From positions 1 to 28,025 of IMG/VR virus record IMGVR_UViG_3300020045_003647: a DNA stretch of 28,025 bases; one strand, written 5' to 3'. Under the pieces are notes generated by a model, which searched no databases, was not told the DNA's origin, and worked only from the letters and a program-made list of their open reading frames with translations. This stretch comes from a virus. Its lineage: Duplodnaviria > Caudoviricetes. Position numbers and translations under genes: made by a program. Below, piece after piece: positions 7,757 to 16,315 of this stretch (position 1 is the stretch's first letter; each line of letters begins with the position of its first letter).

Positions 7757-8020
7757 ATGATGATTAAGACGCCTGTAATTTATGATGAAACTGCAACGGT
7801 TTTTTATCCTTACCCTCAAATAGATGATGTGTATGGTGAGTTTTTATTTGAAGTAAAAAACAAAGAAGCAGCAAAAGAAATCGTCAAGCGCATCAACATG
7901 CACGATGAGCTTGTGGCGGCAGTTAACGAGTTAATTCCATCTTTTATTCGCAATTCATGGACTGAGGAGGAAGGAAAGAGAATTATGTACTTTTATGAAC
8001 AACTGGAGCGCTGCAAATGA
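7757..8020 (+). CDS. hypothetical phage protein
   Basis: ORF track 7727..8020. ATG at 7757/7760 follows GGAG; contains AKEIVKRINMHDELV. Confidence 0.7.
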   Translation: MMIKTPVIYDETATVFYPYPQIDDVYGEFLFEVKNKEAAKEIVKRINMHDELVAAVNELIPSFIRNSWTEEEGKRIMYFYEQLERCK

Positions 8021-8145
8021 GCTACATAGCAACAGCAATAACATGGTATTTAGTGTACTGCACAGTAATTATGACTGTATCAGCAGTGGTGATAACAAGT
8101 TGGTGCAAAGGTTATGCGGAGGGGATGAAAGATGGACAAATGTAG
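8017..8145 (+). CDS. 42 aa putative single-pass membrane protein
   Basis: Translated by hand as MSYIATAITWYLVYCTVIMTVSAVVITSWCKG...; ATGA overlap and GGAG RBS. Confidence 0.55.
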   Translation: MSYIATAITWYLVYCTVIMTVSAVVITSWCKGYAEGMKDGQM

Positions 8146-8407
8146 AGAAGAGTTTGAAAAATACTGTAAATCAAAGTGGTTTATTAATTTAGAAACAAAC
8201 AAGGAGTATGATTATATTGCGCTGCAAACTAGAGTGAAATTTGATGTGTGGCGTTCAGCATGGAAAGCATCACGCGAAAGCATGAAGGCGATTAAGTTGC
8301 CAGAGCTGCCAATGAATATGCCGATTGGCTACAGAATTGCTTTCAAAGAAGCAAGAAATAAGTGCGAAGACGCAATCACATCAGCAGGATATAAGGTGGA
8401 AGAATGA
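8132..8407 (+). CDS. hypothetical phage protein (REEFE...W..W.ASR...I.LP...I..AG.KV type)
   Basis: ORF track; common small phage protein pattern. Confidence 0.75.
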   Translation: MDKCREEFEKYCKSKWFINLETNKEYDYIALQTRVKFDVWRSAWKASRESMKAIKLPELPMNMPIGYRIAFKEARNKCEDAITSAGYKVEE

Positions 8408-8598
8408 AACAAGTCTCAGAAATGCCAACTAGCGGGCAGTTTATTGTTATTTGGACATATAATGGCAATCTTTTCGCAGAAACAAAACTAATCAAAAAAA
8501 ATGGCGACATTCTTACGCTAGACCATGAAATTGATGATTTCCGAGATATAGGTGTCTCATTATATCCAGATACTGCAAAATACTTCATCGCAGACTAG
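8404..8598 (+). CDS. hypothetical phage protein
   Basis: ATGA overlap; stop directly at the terminator. Confidence 0.7.
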   Translation: MKQVSEMPTSGQFIVIWTYNGNLFAETKLIKKNGDILTLDHEIDDFRDIGVSLYPDTAKYFIAD

Positions 8599-8616
8599 CC
8601 CCATCCGTGGGGCTTT
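8597..8616. terminator. terminator between convergent genes
   Basis: AGCCCCA-TCCG-TGGGGCT followed by TT. Confidence 0.75.
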
Positions 8617-8623
8617 ATATTTA

Positions 8624-10024
8624 CTATTCTTTGTCCATTTCAGTACTTAAATCATCTACTTCTTTTTGTAGCGCCTTATCTTCTTTTTCTGGCTCATAGC
8701 CACCAGCTACCATCATTTTGTTTGAGTCAAATACAACGCCAACAGTGGTAATTGATTTGTTGTTAACGTCAGCCATCTTATCAACAACCATCATGCGGTC
8801 TAATGGTGAAGGTGTTAGCAAATCAGGCCATGAAATATCGAACTCTTTACCAGTCCAGCAACCTAAACCTTGCAGGAATGATACAAAATCCAAGATGTCG
8901 TTATTCAACACCTGATTACGACGACCATCGGCCAGCATTGCCATTACTTTGCCATTCTCAGTGCTTGCGCGGTCACCTGTCAGCGTACCAGTTAGCTCAG
9001 TAGATGGAATTCCACCAAGCGCCGCGCAGAACTCGTTCATGTTCCACTGCGCGAACTCTGCAATAGCTGGCATAGAGACAGATAGTGCGGTCATGTCCAC
9101 GCCTTGGGTGACAGTGAATGCATCCAGAAAAGTGTTAAGGTCTTCACCCATGGATTGAAACGCATCGCCTATTTCTTCAACTTTAACGCCCAGCGCTTGT
9201 GCAACCTTGCGCATATCAGCGTCTTTATCAAAGTTCGCGTGAATCTGCCGCATTGAGTTTTTAGCGAAACCCTCGGCGCCGGATTGGTTTAGCTTGAACA
9301 GCGCAAATGCAGAGTTGTATGCCGATGCTAGTAGATTGTTCCCGCCTTCTGAAGATAAGCCATCAGTGAACACGTCACCAAGATAAAAAACGCGGTCGCG
9401 GTGAATTGTGATATCAACAGGCTTCACTCGCGTATTCATGGATTCATCCAGAATAACCGGTTCGTGATACGTCCACAGTAATGGCTCACCGTATGTATCA
9501 CTCATTCGGTCTGTGTCAGTAGAGCTAACCTTTAGTTGGTCTTCCCACACCGGATAGAATCCGACAATTTTGTCGGGCGTCAATCCATCAACTGGAAGCG
9601 CCCAATCTTTTCCATCAGCAATGCGTAAAATCAGCGCTGAATAGTTGCCGACCATGCGATATTTGTCGGCCATAGCGAAACAGCGCCATAGCTTTGTACG
9701 CTTGGCAAATGCAGCAAACTCTTTCTCTGTTTGCGTCTCTTTTCGGTCTTTAGCCTCTTCTCCGCTGCCTTCTACAATCTCAGGGTTATCCTGCCACACC
9801 TTACCGCACAGCTTATCAATCGCGCCTTTAACGAATCCGTTGCGGTCGTACAGGTTCTTCTTAGCTTGAAATGTCAGCTGTTCAGGCAACCCAAAAACTT
9901 TATATAACCGGTCATGTTTATCATCTTGCCCTGGCAACCAGCCTGGCAATGTCGCGCGTGTGTATTGTTGCGCATTAGCAGCCAACATCTGCTTTGCGCG
10001 GTTCACAATTATCTCTTTGTCCAT
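8624..10024 (-). CDS. portal protein (DUF1073-like)
   Basis: About 466 aa between TerL and the gp7-like gene; LYDRNG...ID, IHRDRV, IPST.LTG...G.RAS motifs. GGGAG RBS favours ATG 10024 over 10039. Confidence 0.85.
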   Translation of the reverse strand: MDKEIIVNRAKQMLAANAQQYTRATLPGWLPGQDDKHDRLYKVFGLPEQLTFQAKKNLYDRNGFVKGAIDKLCGKVWQDNPEIVEGSGEEAKDRKETQTEKEFAAFAKRTKLWRCFAMADKYRMVGNYSALILRIADGKDWALPVDGLTPDKIVGFYPVWEDQLKVSSTDTDRMSDTYGEPLLWTYHEPVILDESMNTRVKPVDITIHRDRVFYLGDVFTDGLSSEGGNNLLASAYNSAFALFKLNQSGAEGFAKNSMRQIHANFDKDADMRKVAQALGVKVEEIGDAFQSMGEDLNTFLDAFTVTQGVDMTALSVSMPAIAEFAQWNMNEFCAALGGIPSTELTGTLTGDRASTENGKVMAMLADGRRNQVLNNDILDFVSFLQGLGCWTGKEFDISWPDLLTPSPLDRMMVVDKMADVNNKSITTVGVVFDSNKMMVAGGYEPEKEDKALQKEVDDLSTEMDKE

Positions 10025-10078
10025 CTTTCTTGCTCCCATGTGGAATGATTTATTTTAGCATTTTGTGGTGAGTATGGC

Positions 10079-10124
10079 TTGCATGGTGTGAATTGTAGCT
10101 ATACTATGTATGTAATAGTTAAAT
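10079..10124 (+). promoter_or_regulatory. early promoter with the motif at the start site
   Basis: TTGCAT (10079-10084), 17 bp, TACTAT (10102-10107); TGTAATAGTTAAAT at 10111-10124. Confidence 0.7.
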
Positions 10125-10139
10125 AGATGGAGATACACC

Positions 10140-10424
10140 GTGGTAAATCTTGCACTACCAATAACATACGCCTCCGATACGCCAGAAATGAAGCGCATCG
10201 AATCAGAAGAATTCCGCTCTATGCTGCTAACCTGCTTGCTTGCTGCTGAGTTAAACCGTGACAAGCCTAACACCGCTGTACGCAAGGCTTGCGGTAACAT
10301 GCTAAAACGCTTTCAAGGTGAGCGCACTAGAAAGATTCTAGCTTGCGCGATGTCGCAGGCGTTGCCGTTGGCTTATATCCATAAGCTGGTTAAGTTGGTT
10401 GAATCTGAATGTGGAGTTAAATGA
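10140..10424 (+). CDS. hypothetical phage protein
   Basis: GTG start after GGAG; 94 aa. Confidence 0.7.
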   Translation: MVNLALPITYASDTPEMKRIESEEFRSMLLTCLLAAELNRDKPNTAVRKACGNMLKRFQGERTRKILACAMSQALPLAYIHKLVKLVESECGVK

Positions 10425-10606
10425 ATATGGCTATGTTGACGTACAAAAAGAATGGCGAAATTATGTGTGATGTTAATGATTTAGCGACTACTACTATAAT
10501 TTATTTTGCATCACTGAATGATTATGCGGTTTCATTCCAATGCCACAACGTCACAATCATGAAAAACGCACAAGGTGACAGGGTTATTATTCAGGAGGTT
10601 AAGTGA
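10421..10606 (+). CDS. hypothetical protein
   Basis: ATGA overlap and GGAG RBS. Confidence 0.65.
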   Translation: MNMAMLTYKKNGEIMCDVNDLATTTIIYFASLNDYAVSFQCHNVTIMKNAQGDRVIIQEVK

Positions 10607-10755
10607 TGATTAAAAAAGGCATGAAACAATGCATGCGCTGCCGCGAAATTAAGGAAGTGGAGTATTTCCGTGTAGGTCAAGCGTATTGGGCTGAATGGTG
10701 CATGAAATGCGAATCTACGCCATCTGGTAAAATACCAAAAATGGGGAATAAATAA
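10606..10755 (+). CDS. 49 aa zinc-ribbon-like protein (CMRC...CMKC)
   Basis: Translated by hand; AGGAGG RBS; one-base overlaps with both neighbours. Confidence 0.65.
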   Translation: MIKKGMKQCMRCREIKEVEYFRVGQAYWAEWCMKCESTPSGKIPKMGNK

Positions 10756-11003
10756 TGAAAAATGCACATTTACCAGCAGCTCCAACGTTAACATGCGACC
10801 ACAACGCAGCAATGAATGGTATTGGCGTGTCAGTTACTGATTACGCAGGACTAACAAAGCGCGAAATGTTCGCAATGGCTGCAATGCAGGGTATTTTAAC
10901 ATCAGAAACAGACGATTGGCGTCATAAAGAAGAGAACTCACTTGCTGCGTCTGCCATTAAATACGCCGATGCACTTCTCACTGAACTGGAAAGAACAAAA
11001 TGA
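10755..11003 (+). CDS. hypothetical phage protein (GLTKREMFAMAAMQG family)
   Basis: Widespread phage motif GLTKRE.FA..AMQG...A...ADALL..L. Confidence 0.8.
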   Translation: MKNAHLPAAPTLTCDHNAAMNGIGVSVTDYAGLTKREMFAMAAMQGILTSETDDWRHKEENSLAASAIKYADALLTELERTK

Positions 11004-11239
11004 CATCACCAAATAATCAACTCATCATCGACAAAATAAAATCAGGCGAACTATTCACACCTGAATATCAAGAAGCCTGCCGACAACGCAAAGCGGCGGT
11101 ATTGCTTGAGAGAAGTAAGCAATCAAAACAGGATAACGATTTTTACACGAAGCTATGGGAAGAAAACAAGGCCAAGCGCGAGGCTGGTGATATCAGTCCG
11201 TATGCAGGTAAGAAATCTGGAGATTATCTTGGGGATTAG
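11000..11239 (+). CDS. hypothetical protein
   Basis: ATGA overlap; ends at a hairpin. Confidence 0.65.
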   Translation: MTSPNNQLIIDKIKSGELFTPEYQEACRQRKAAVLLERSKQSKQDNDFYTKLWEENKAKREAGDISPYAGKKSGDYLGD

Positions 11240-11256
11240 CCGCTATTTAGCGGCTA
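11237..11256. terminator. hairpin between convergent genes; both TAG stops form the ends of the stem
   Basis: TAGCCGCTA-TT-TAGCGGCTA. Confidence 0.6.
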
Positions 11257-12654
11257 TCTTCTTCCTGATGGGCGGAATGCGCCGAATCCTTTGCCGTTTT
11301 TAATTAGCGGCCCAATGCCGTATCTAATTGAGTCTATGCAGTGGTTATGCTTATCAACAATATCAGGCAAAACGTCACCAGTGTTTTTGTCTACCTTGTA
11401 AGAATAACGGCTAGCCTCATCTGCGGTGCGTTCGCATCGTGTATGAATTACAATCTGGTCATAACTTCTTAGGTGTGTAACACCATCTTCAACGCTGCCT
11501 GACCATTTGTCGCACCCTTCAATTCTGAACCCGCGCTTAGCTATATAACTGATTGTTTCAGGTCTTGAGCAGTCAGCACGTATCACATACTCTTTCGCTC
11601 TTGGATATGCTCGCTCATACATATCGCCTAACTTATCTATCTCAACACCTACGCCATAGGCTTCATATTCAACGTAAAGCGTGCTATCGAACACCCAGCA
11701 GACGGTTAAAGTTGACGGGTCTTGCGCAAAACCAAAGTCAGCGCCCAAATATGGGCCATCCCATTCTGCTTGTGGTGTAAAGTCCATCACGGCATATTTA
11801 CCACCAAGCACCAGCTCGTCGGCTCGCTTATTGAACTTACCTAGCCATATCCAGTTATAACGGTCTATGTCTGTGCGTTGCGCCTTTAATCTCGTCCCTT
11901 CGAGTTCTGCTGTGAACCATGGATTATCAGTGTAATTAACCTCAATGATTAGCGTATCATCATCCTCATAGATTCCGCCTTGCATCTTGTCGAGATAAGG
12001 ATCTACGAAGTTTGTCCAGATAGCATCTGTTGGCTTATTTGGGTTGAATGTTAGCCATATCTCTGAGCCTTCCGCGCGAATGGTTGGCTCTAGGATGTCG
12101 ATTGACGATTGGCTGATATTTTCAGCCTCTTCAACCCATGCGATGGTTGCCCCGGCAAACCCTTTTACGGTTGTGACGTTGCGGTACAGACCCTTGAACG
12201 AGAACTTTGAGCGGGTTAGCTTATGGCTAATCTCTCCCTCAACCTGCCGAAACTCCTCGAACTCGCCCTTACGCTCAATCTCGTCAATAATTTCTTGATA
12301 GCTGGATTCCTTGATTGAGCCCTGTATTTCACGAAAGCAGGCGATTCGCTCACGGCGGAAGCGTGACCTCTCAGTCAGTATCGATGTCACGGTGCGCGTC
12401 TTACCAGAACCTCGACCGCCGTAAATGATTTTTAGCCGCTTTGGATAAAGCAGCTTTTCGAGCCGCTCAGGAATGAGAATTGTCGGCTCTTCGTCTGTCT
12501 CATAAACTCCGCTCGCTGTCATCTTTAGGCGCTTAATGACATTGCGCTGCATGTCGCACACACCGAACACAGCAGATTCAGCGGCATCGAAGTTTATATC
12601 TAGTGCAGCCTCCAGTTTTTCTATTGACTGCGTGGTTATGCGCTTACGTGCCAT
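11254..12654 (-). CDS. terL: terminase large subunit (PBSX/Terminase_3-like)
   Basis: Walker A YGGRGSGKT, Walker B AWVEEA, TFNP, nuclease motif GADFGFAQDP, and DKHNHCIDSIRY. Confidence 0.95.
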   Translation of the reverse strand: MARKRITTQSIEKLEAALDINFDAAESAVFGVCDMQRNVIKRLKMTASGVYETDEEPTILIPERLEKLLYPKRLKIIYGGRGSGKTRTVTSILTERSRFRRERIACFREIQGSIKESSYQEIIDEIERKGEFEEFRQVEGEISHKLTRSKFSFKGLYRNVTTVKGFAGATIAWVEEAENISQSSIDILEPTIRAEGSEIWLTFNPNKPTDAIWTNFVDPYLDKMQGGIYEDDDTLIIEVNYTDNPWFTAELEGTRLKAQRTDIDRYNWIWLGKFNKRADELVLGGKYAVMDFTPQAEWDGPYLGADFGFAQDPSTLTVCWVFDSTLYVEYEAYGVGVEIDKLGDMYERAYPRAKEYVIRADCSRPETISYIAKRGFRIEGCDKWSGSVEDGVTHLRSYDQIVIHTRCERTADEASRYSYKVDKNTGDVLPDIVDKHNHCIDSIRYGIGPLIKNGKGFGAFRPSGRR

Positions 12655-13079
12655 TAATTCTTAGCCATTTGCGAAATCATAGTTTCTAGTTTTTCTAATC
12701 GTTGCGCCAGTTCGGTTGTCTCCTCGACATCCAGACTGGTTTTAATCATATCGACAACTAACTTGCCAATGTCGGCCGGAATGTCGCCAGTGGATACACC
12801 AAGAATGACGGAATCAATCTTTTCAACAGGCGTGCCAGATTCAGGAAACTCGAAAGTGATTTCTTGCGCGGATGGCTTAGATGGCGGACAGAAGCGCGTC
12901 ATGATTTCTTTAAGCATGGTGACATCACCGTCAACCATAGCTGCTTGAACTATCTTTTCGTATAGCATTTGCTCTGTATAGCCTTTAGCGACAAGCGCAT
13001 CAATCAGCTTGCTATACCTTGATTTCCCTCGTTTATTTGCTGGTTGGTTCTCGCTTGAGAACGTTCCTTTTTTAGCCAT
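12654..13079 (-). CDS. terS: terminase small subunit
   Basis: Immediately upstream of terL with a one-base overlap; N-terminal GTFSSENQP..RG and a C-terminal coiled coil. Start uncertain (13079-13088). Confidence 0.75.
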   Translation of the reverse strand: MAKKGTFSSENQPANKRGKSRYSKLIDALVAKGYTEQMLYEKIVQAAMVDGDVTMLKEIMTRFCPPSKPSAQEITFEFPESGTPVEKIDSVILGVSTGDIPADIGKLVVDMIKTSLDVEETTELAQRLEKLETMISQMAKN

Positions 13080-13168
13080 AATCATCACCGTTTTTTAACC
13101 GATTACTCGGATAATTGTAACAGTTTATAAGTGGCGTGTCGTTAAATGAAAAAGCCGCTAAGTGCGAC

Positions 13169-13342
13169 CTAAAATGTTTTTGCTTGTTCTTTTACCCTGT
13201 TTGTTAACCACTCCGTGTATGCTGCTATATTTTGCTTTGGCATAACCGTTTCAGATAGTGATTTTTTAACAGCATCCTCATCGTACGGATGAATTCCATC
13301 CGCCTGCAACAGCGAAAGGATTTTTTCCAATCTGTTACTCAT
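13169..13342 (-). CDS. 57 aa hypothetical protein (MSNRLEKILSLLQADGIHP...)
   Basis: Translated by hand; ATGA overlap with the upstream gene. Confidence 0.6.
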   Translation of the reverse strand: MSNRLEKILSLLQADGIHPYDEDAVKKSLSETVMPKQNIAAYTEWLTNRVKEQAKTF

Positions 13343-13527
13343 AAAAGATTATCTTCAATATAATTTAAGCAGGCTGTTAATTTGTTGTTATTGCCTTTTA
13401 CGTCCTTAAATTTATTCATGATGTCGAATCTTTGCATTGGTGTCATTTCTGAATACCACATTTCGTTAGCTTTGTTTGTTTTACTGTCTTCAACTGTCAG
13501 TGGGCGCAATTTGGTATCTGCTTTCAT
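13339..13527 (-). CDS. hypothetical protein
   Basis: TAGGAG RBS, downstream of promoter 13581-13609. Confidence 0.7.
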   Translation of the reverse strand: MKADTKLRPLTVEDSKTNKANEMWYSEMTPMQRFDIMNKFKDVKGNNNKLTACLNYIEDNLL

Positions 13528-13580
13528 TTTGAATCTCCTATCATTTCGCTGTTGTAGTGCTTTGCTGCACCGTTGAGATA

Positions 13581-13609
13581 ATAATAGTATATACTACTTA
13601 TCTGTGCAA
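13581..13609 (-). promoter_or_regulatory. sigma70 promoter with palindrome TAGTATATACTA (copy 1)
   Basis: TTGCAC, 17 bp, TATTAT on the minus strand; palindrome at 13585-13596. Confidence 0.75.
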
Positions 13610-13782
13610 GTGATTTTATCACTATTTATCAATAAAAATTCCAACGCTGCTTTTTTGCTTCCATGAACTTGCGCTAACTCATCGAGCCTTACCATCGCTA
13701 GTGCCGACAAGTACATCGGGGAAAGCCGTGGTAATTCACGGCGTTTCTCGTTCTGGCGTTGCTGTGGGGTTTGTTTTGTCAT
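13594..13782 (-). CDS. putative ribbon-helix-helix-like DNA-binding protein
   Basis: Basic N-terminus, then SPMYLS..A..RLDELA..HGSKKAALEFLL (strand-helix-helix pattern). Confidence 0.5.
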   Translation of the reverse strand: MTKQTPQQRQNEKRRELPRLSPMYLSALAMVRLDELAQVHGSKKAALEFLLINSDKITCTDK

Positions 13783-13988
13783 TTCCATGTATCTCTATCA
13801 ACAAAGTGCGTTGTGCATCTTCCGCTTTTATCTTGTCCTGTCACATACAGATAATTGTTAACCCTGAAAATCTGCCTGAAACCATCAAGAAACGGTGCTT
13901 TAATCTCAGTTGGAGCTTGTGGTACCTGCTCGAAATTAACGCCAGCTAATGCCAGCGTTTTATTTATTTCCTCATTCCAGCTTTTCAT
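13779..13988 (-). CDS. hypothetical protein
   Basis: ATGA overlaps with both neighbours. Confidence 0.65.
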   Translation of the reverse strand: MKSWNEEINKTLALAGVNFEQVPQAPTEIKAPFLDGFRQIFRVNNYLYVTGQDKSGRCTTHFVDRDTWK

Positions 13989-14176
13989 GCTAACTCACCG
14001 TTTTCTGTAATTTCATATTCTTCGCCGATTTCCAGTGTGTCAGCTAGCTCTTCACTGCAAATGATGTGTTGATAACCAATAACGCGACCTTTATATTCTT
14101 TTGCGATTCTGAAAAGCGCCACCGGTTCTTTGTCGCCTTGATTAATGTAATCCCAACCTGCGAATTCTGCTTTCAT
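13985..14176 (-). CDS. hypothetical protein (MKAEFAGWDY...)
   Basis: TAGGAG RBS before ATG 14176; the longer track start lies inside the promoter. Confidence 0.7.
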   Translation of the reverse strand: MKAEFAGWDYINQGDKEPVALFRIAKEYKGRVIGYQHIICSEELADTLEIGEEYEITENGELA

Positions 14177-14225
14177 TTTGTATCTCCTAAGTGTTGCCGT
14201 TTTTGTGTCCTGCTTCAATGAATTA

Positions 14226-14254
14226 ATAATAGTATATACTATGTATGAGTGCAA
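14226..14254 (-). promoter_or_regulatory. sigma70 promoter with palindrome TAGTATATACTA (copy 2)
   Basis: TTGCAC, 17 bp, TATTAT; palindrome at 14230-14241. Confidence 0.75.
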
Positions 14255-14280
14255 GCCATTTTGTGAAATATTTCACACAT

Positions 14281-14304
14281 AAAAAAGCCCCGCAAGTGCG
14301 AGGC
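14281..14304 (-). terminator. intrinsic terminator
   Basis: Minus strand GCCTCGC-ACTT-GCGGGGC followed by TTTTTT. Confidence 0.75.
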
Positions 14305-14323
14305 AAAACCATGAACAGATTAT

Positions 14324-14596
14324 TTATGCTGTTGTCGTTTCCGCAACCGTCTGCACCAGCTGCCCATTAACTACACAGCCATCGATATTGCCAGTTACAG
14401 CCACTTTGATTGCGCCATTAGTCATAATGACTGGTTTACCAGTGCTTATTAGGCTGGAAAGGTACGCACCGACATCTACCGCCGTGATTGTCATCTGCAC
14501 TACGCCATCGGTCTGCACAGTGTTGAATGTTGGTGCGGTTGTCAGTGCCAGCGTTGTGTAGTCGTTTAACTGTTGGTTTTCTGTTAGTTGAAGCAT
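14324..14596 (-). CDS. Thr/Val-rich 90 aa protein, possibly virion-associated
   Basis: GGAG RBS, its own extended -10 (14624-14632) and a downstream terminator; beta-type composition. Confidence 0.6.
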   Translation of the reverse strand: MLQLTENQQLNDYTTLALTTAPTFNTVQTDGVVQMTITAVDVGAYLSSLISTGKPVIMTNGAIKVAVTGNIDGCVVNGQLVQTVAETTTA

Positions 14597-14634
14597 GTAA
14601 ATTTCTCCATGTTGTTTATTCAGATTATATCACA

Positions 14635-14994
14635 TTAAAAATATTGCCATTCAGCGCTTTCGTTGTCTTTCCGCTGAATCAAATCAGCCCGCAGCACCAA
14701 AACATCATCTTCTTCTTGCATGAATCGATAGGTAATGGTTGCGCGCTTCCGGTTAGTGATACGAAATGATGTTTTGCCAAAATCAAACCAATCATCATGC
14801 GGAATTGGCATGTAAGTTGTTGGAATAAATCCATCTTTACCTGCCGGATATTCAACGCGGCAAATCAACGGTGCGCGGTAAATTGCCAACTGCTCATCGT
14901 TCGCCAGCATGGTAGTAATCGTCATTAAATGATGACCAGTTTGCGCATCTTTCAGCACAATTTTTTCACCGCAGGATTGTTTGAGTTTTAGCAT
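14635..14994 (-). CDS. hypothetical protein with CsrA-like termini
   Basis: MLKLKQSCGEKIVLKD...AP at the N-terminus and DVLVLRADLIQR at the C-terminus resemble the two ends of CsrA. Confidence 0.45.
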   Translation of the reverse strand: MLKLKQSCGEKIVLKDAQTGHHLMTITTMLANDEQLAIYRAPLICRVEYPAGKDGFIPTTYMPIPHDDWFDFGKTSFRITNRKRATITYRFMQEEDDVLVLRADLIQRKDNESAEWQYF

Positions 14995-15359
14995 TTGTTT
15001 TGCTCCAATAAGTGTGCGTGTTGGTGGATGTTTCCTACAACATTAAATTGATAGTCATCTAAATTAACAAAATCATAAATAGTATCAGGAACATGAGCTA
15101 TAAACTTTCCGTCTAAGAACGAAACTGGCCAGTAGTAGTTATTTTCATCTAAAAGTACATCTCCTTCATAAATAGGCACTCCGTTTTTGTCGTGCATTCC
15201 TGTGTATTGCATTAGTTCAATGCAATCAAAAAGCTCATCATAAAGCACATAATTTTCATCTAGAATCTGAACCGTTGCAGGGGTTCTAAAGTTTATATCA
15301 AAAACACCAAGAATTTTTTGTCTTTCTTTGTGCCACGCCAGAAACTTAATCTCTCTCAT
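14988..15359 (-). CDS. YopX family protein
   Basis: MREIKF.AW...LMQYTG.HDKNG..IYEGDV...VVGNIH signature. Confidence 0.9.
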   Translation of the reverse strand: MREIKFLAWHKERQKILGVFDINFRTPATVQILDENYVLYDELFDCIELMQYTGMHDKNGVPIYEGDVLLDENNYYWPVSFLDGKFIAHVPDTIYDFVNLDDYQFNVVGNIHQHAHLLEQNKC

Positions 15360-15395
15360 ATCTCATCCTCTATCACTAATCCCAACAATCACAGC

Positions 15396-15551
15396 CTATG
15401 CACCACTCGGCATATGTTGCAAATTTGCTGAATATTTGTCGTTCAAACAATAACCTTTCATGCCGCGAACTTGCTTGAAGTTGTTAGTAACAAGCCACAG
15501 CAAAGCCTCTTTTTTCGTGATGAAACGGTGTTTTTGTGATGGGGCTATCAT
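15396..15551 (-). CDS. 51 aa hypothetical protein (frame continues past TAG to 15363)
   Basis: Translated by hand as MIAPSQKHRFITKKEALLWL...MPSGA*; ATG directly after the upstream stop. Confidence 0.5.
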   Translation of the reverse strand: MIAPSQKHRFITKKEALLWLVTNNFKQVRGMKGYCLNDKYSANLQHMPSGA

Positions 15552-15815
15552 TTAAAAACTATCCTGGCATTTTTCAACCAGGTGAAATGGTTCGGCATCA
15601 TCACCAACTAATTCAACACCTGCCGCTTCCAGTATCGCATCAACGCGCTTATGCACTGCCTTGCACTCATCCTCATAAAATCCAAACAGCCCCGGTTCTT
15701 TTGTGCCTTTGTATGCCACATCGAGCGTTAATGCCGACCGAGCGCTCTGCACCAATTGCTGCGCATCACTTAGGATGCTTATGAGCTGTTCGCGTGTTAA
15801 GTTTGTGTTGCACAT
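15552..15815 (-). CDS. hypothetical protein
   Basis: GAGGAG RBS. Confidence 0.7.
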   Translation of the reverse strand: MCNTNLTREQLISILSDAQQLVQSARSALTLDVAYKGTKEPGLFGFYEDECKAVHKRVDAILEAAGVELVGDDAEPFHLVEKCQDSF

Positions 15816-15827
15816 GGTGTTACTCCT

Positions 15828-16103
15828 CTATTTTGCTCTAACATCGGAAATACTTAGTGCTGGCCCGCTATTCATCGTTACATTTTTTGGCATAACTGAC
15901 TTTGATAACTCAGATAGCGCCTTTGCGTTCTCACTCAGTGCATTTGCTATTGCTTCAATTGCCTTCGCTGAGTTTTCGTCATGTTTGAAACCAACATTTT
16001 CAATTCTTACATCACTTATGTTCGCACCAGTTAGGGTCTGCGATGATTGTAGCTCGCAAATCATTTCCTGAGCCCATTTTGGTAATTTTGTTGTATCTCT
16101 CAT
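15828..16103 (-). CDS. hypothetical protein (KLPKWAQ N-terminus)
   Basis: AGGAG RBS. Confidence 0.7.
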   Translation of the reverse strand: MRDTTKLPKWAQEMICELQSSQTLTGANISDVRIENVGFKHDENSAKAIEAIANALSENAKALSELSKSVMPKNVTMNSGPALSISDVRAK

Positions 16104-16186
16104 GGTCTTACTCCTATTTTTAACGCTTGCTGAATCGGTTTAGTTTTTATTTCTTTACGCTGGTAGTACGTTTGCTTGCCTTGCTG

Positions 16187-16315
16187 TTAACTATTGAAAA
16201 TAACCGCTACAGATTGGCTGTCAGCATCACAGATGATGCCTTCAAAGTTATCAGGACGGCATGCATACATGTAGGTATCCAGTAAATCGCAGATTGTTAT
16301 GTTTGCGTAGGTCAT
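16187..16315 (-). CDS. 42 aa hypothetical protein (MTYANITICDLLD...ICDADSQ)
   Basis: Translated by hand; GGAG RBS and ATGA overlap. Confidence 0.55.
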   Translation of the reverse strand: MTYANITICDLLDTYMYACRPDNFEGIICDADSQSVAVIFNS

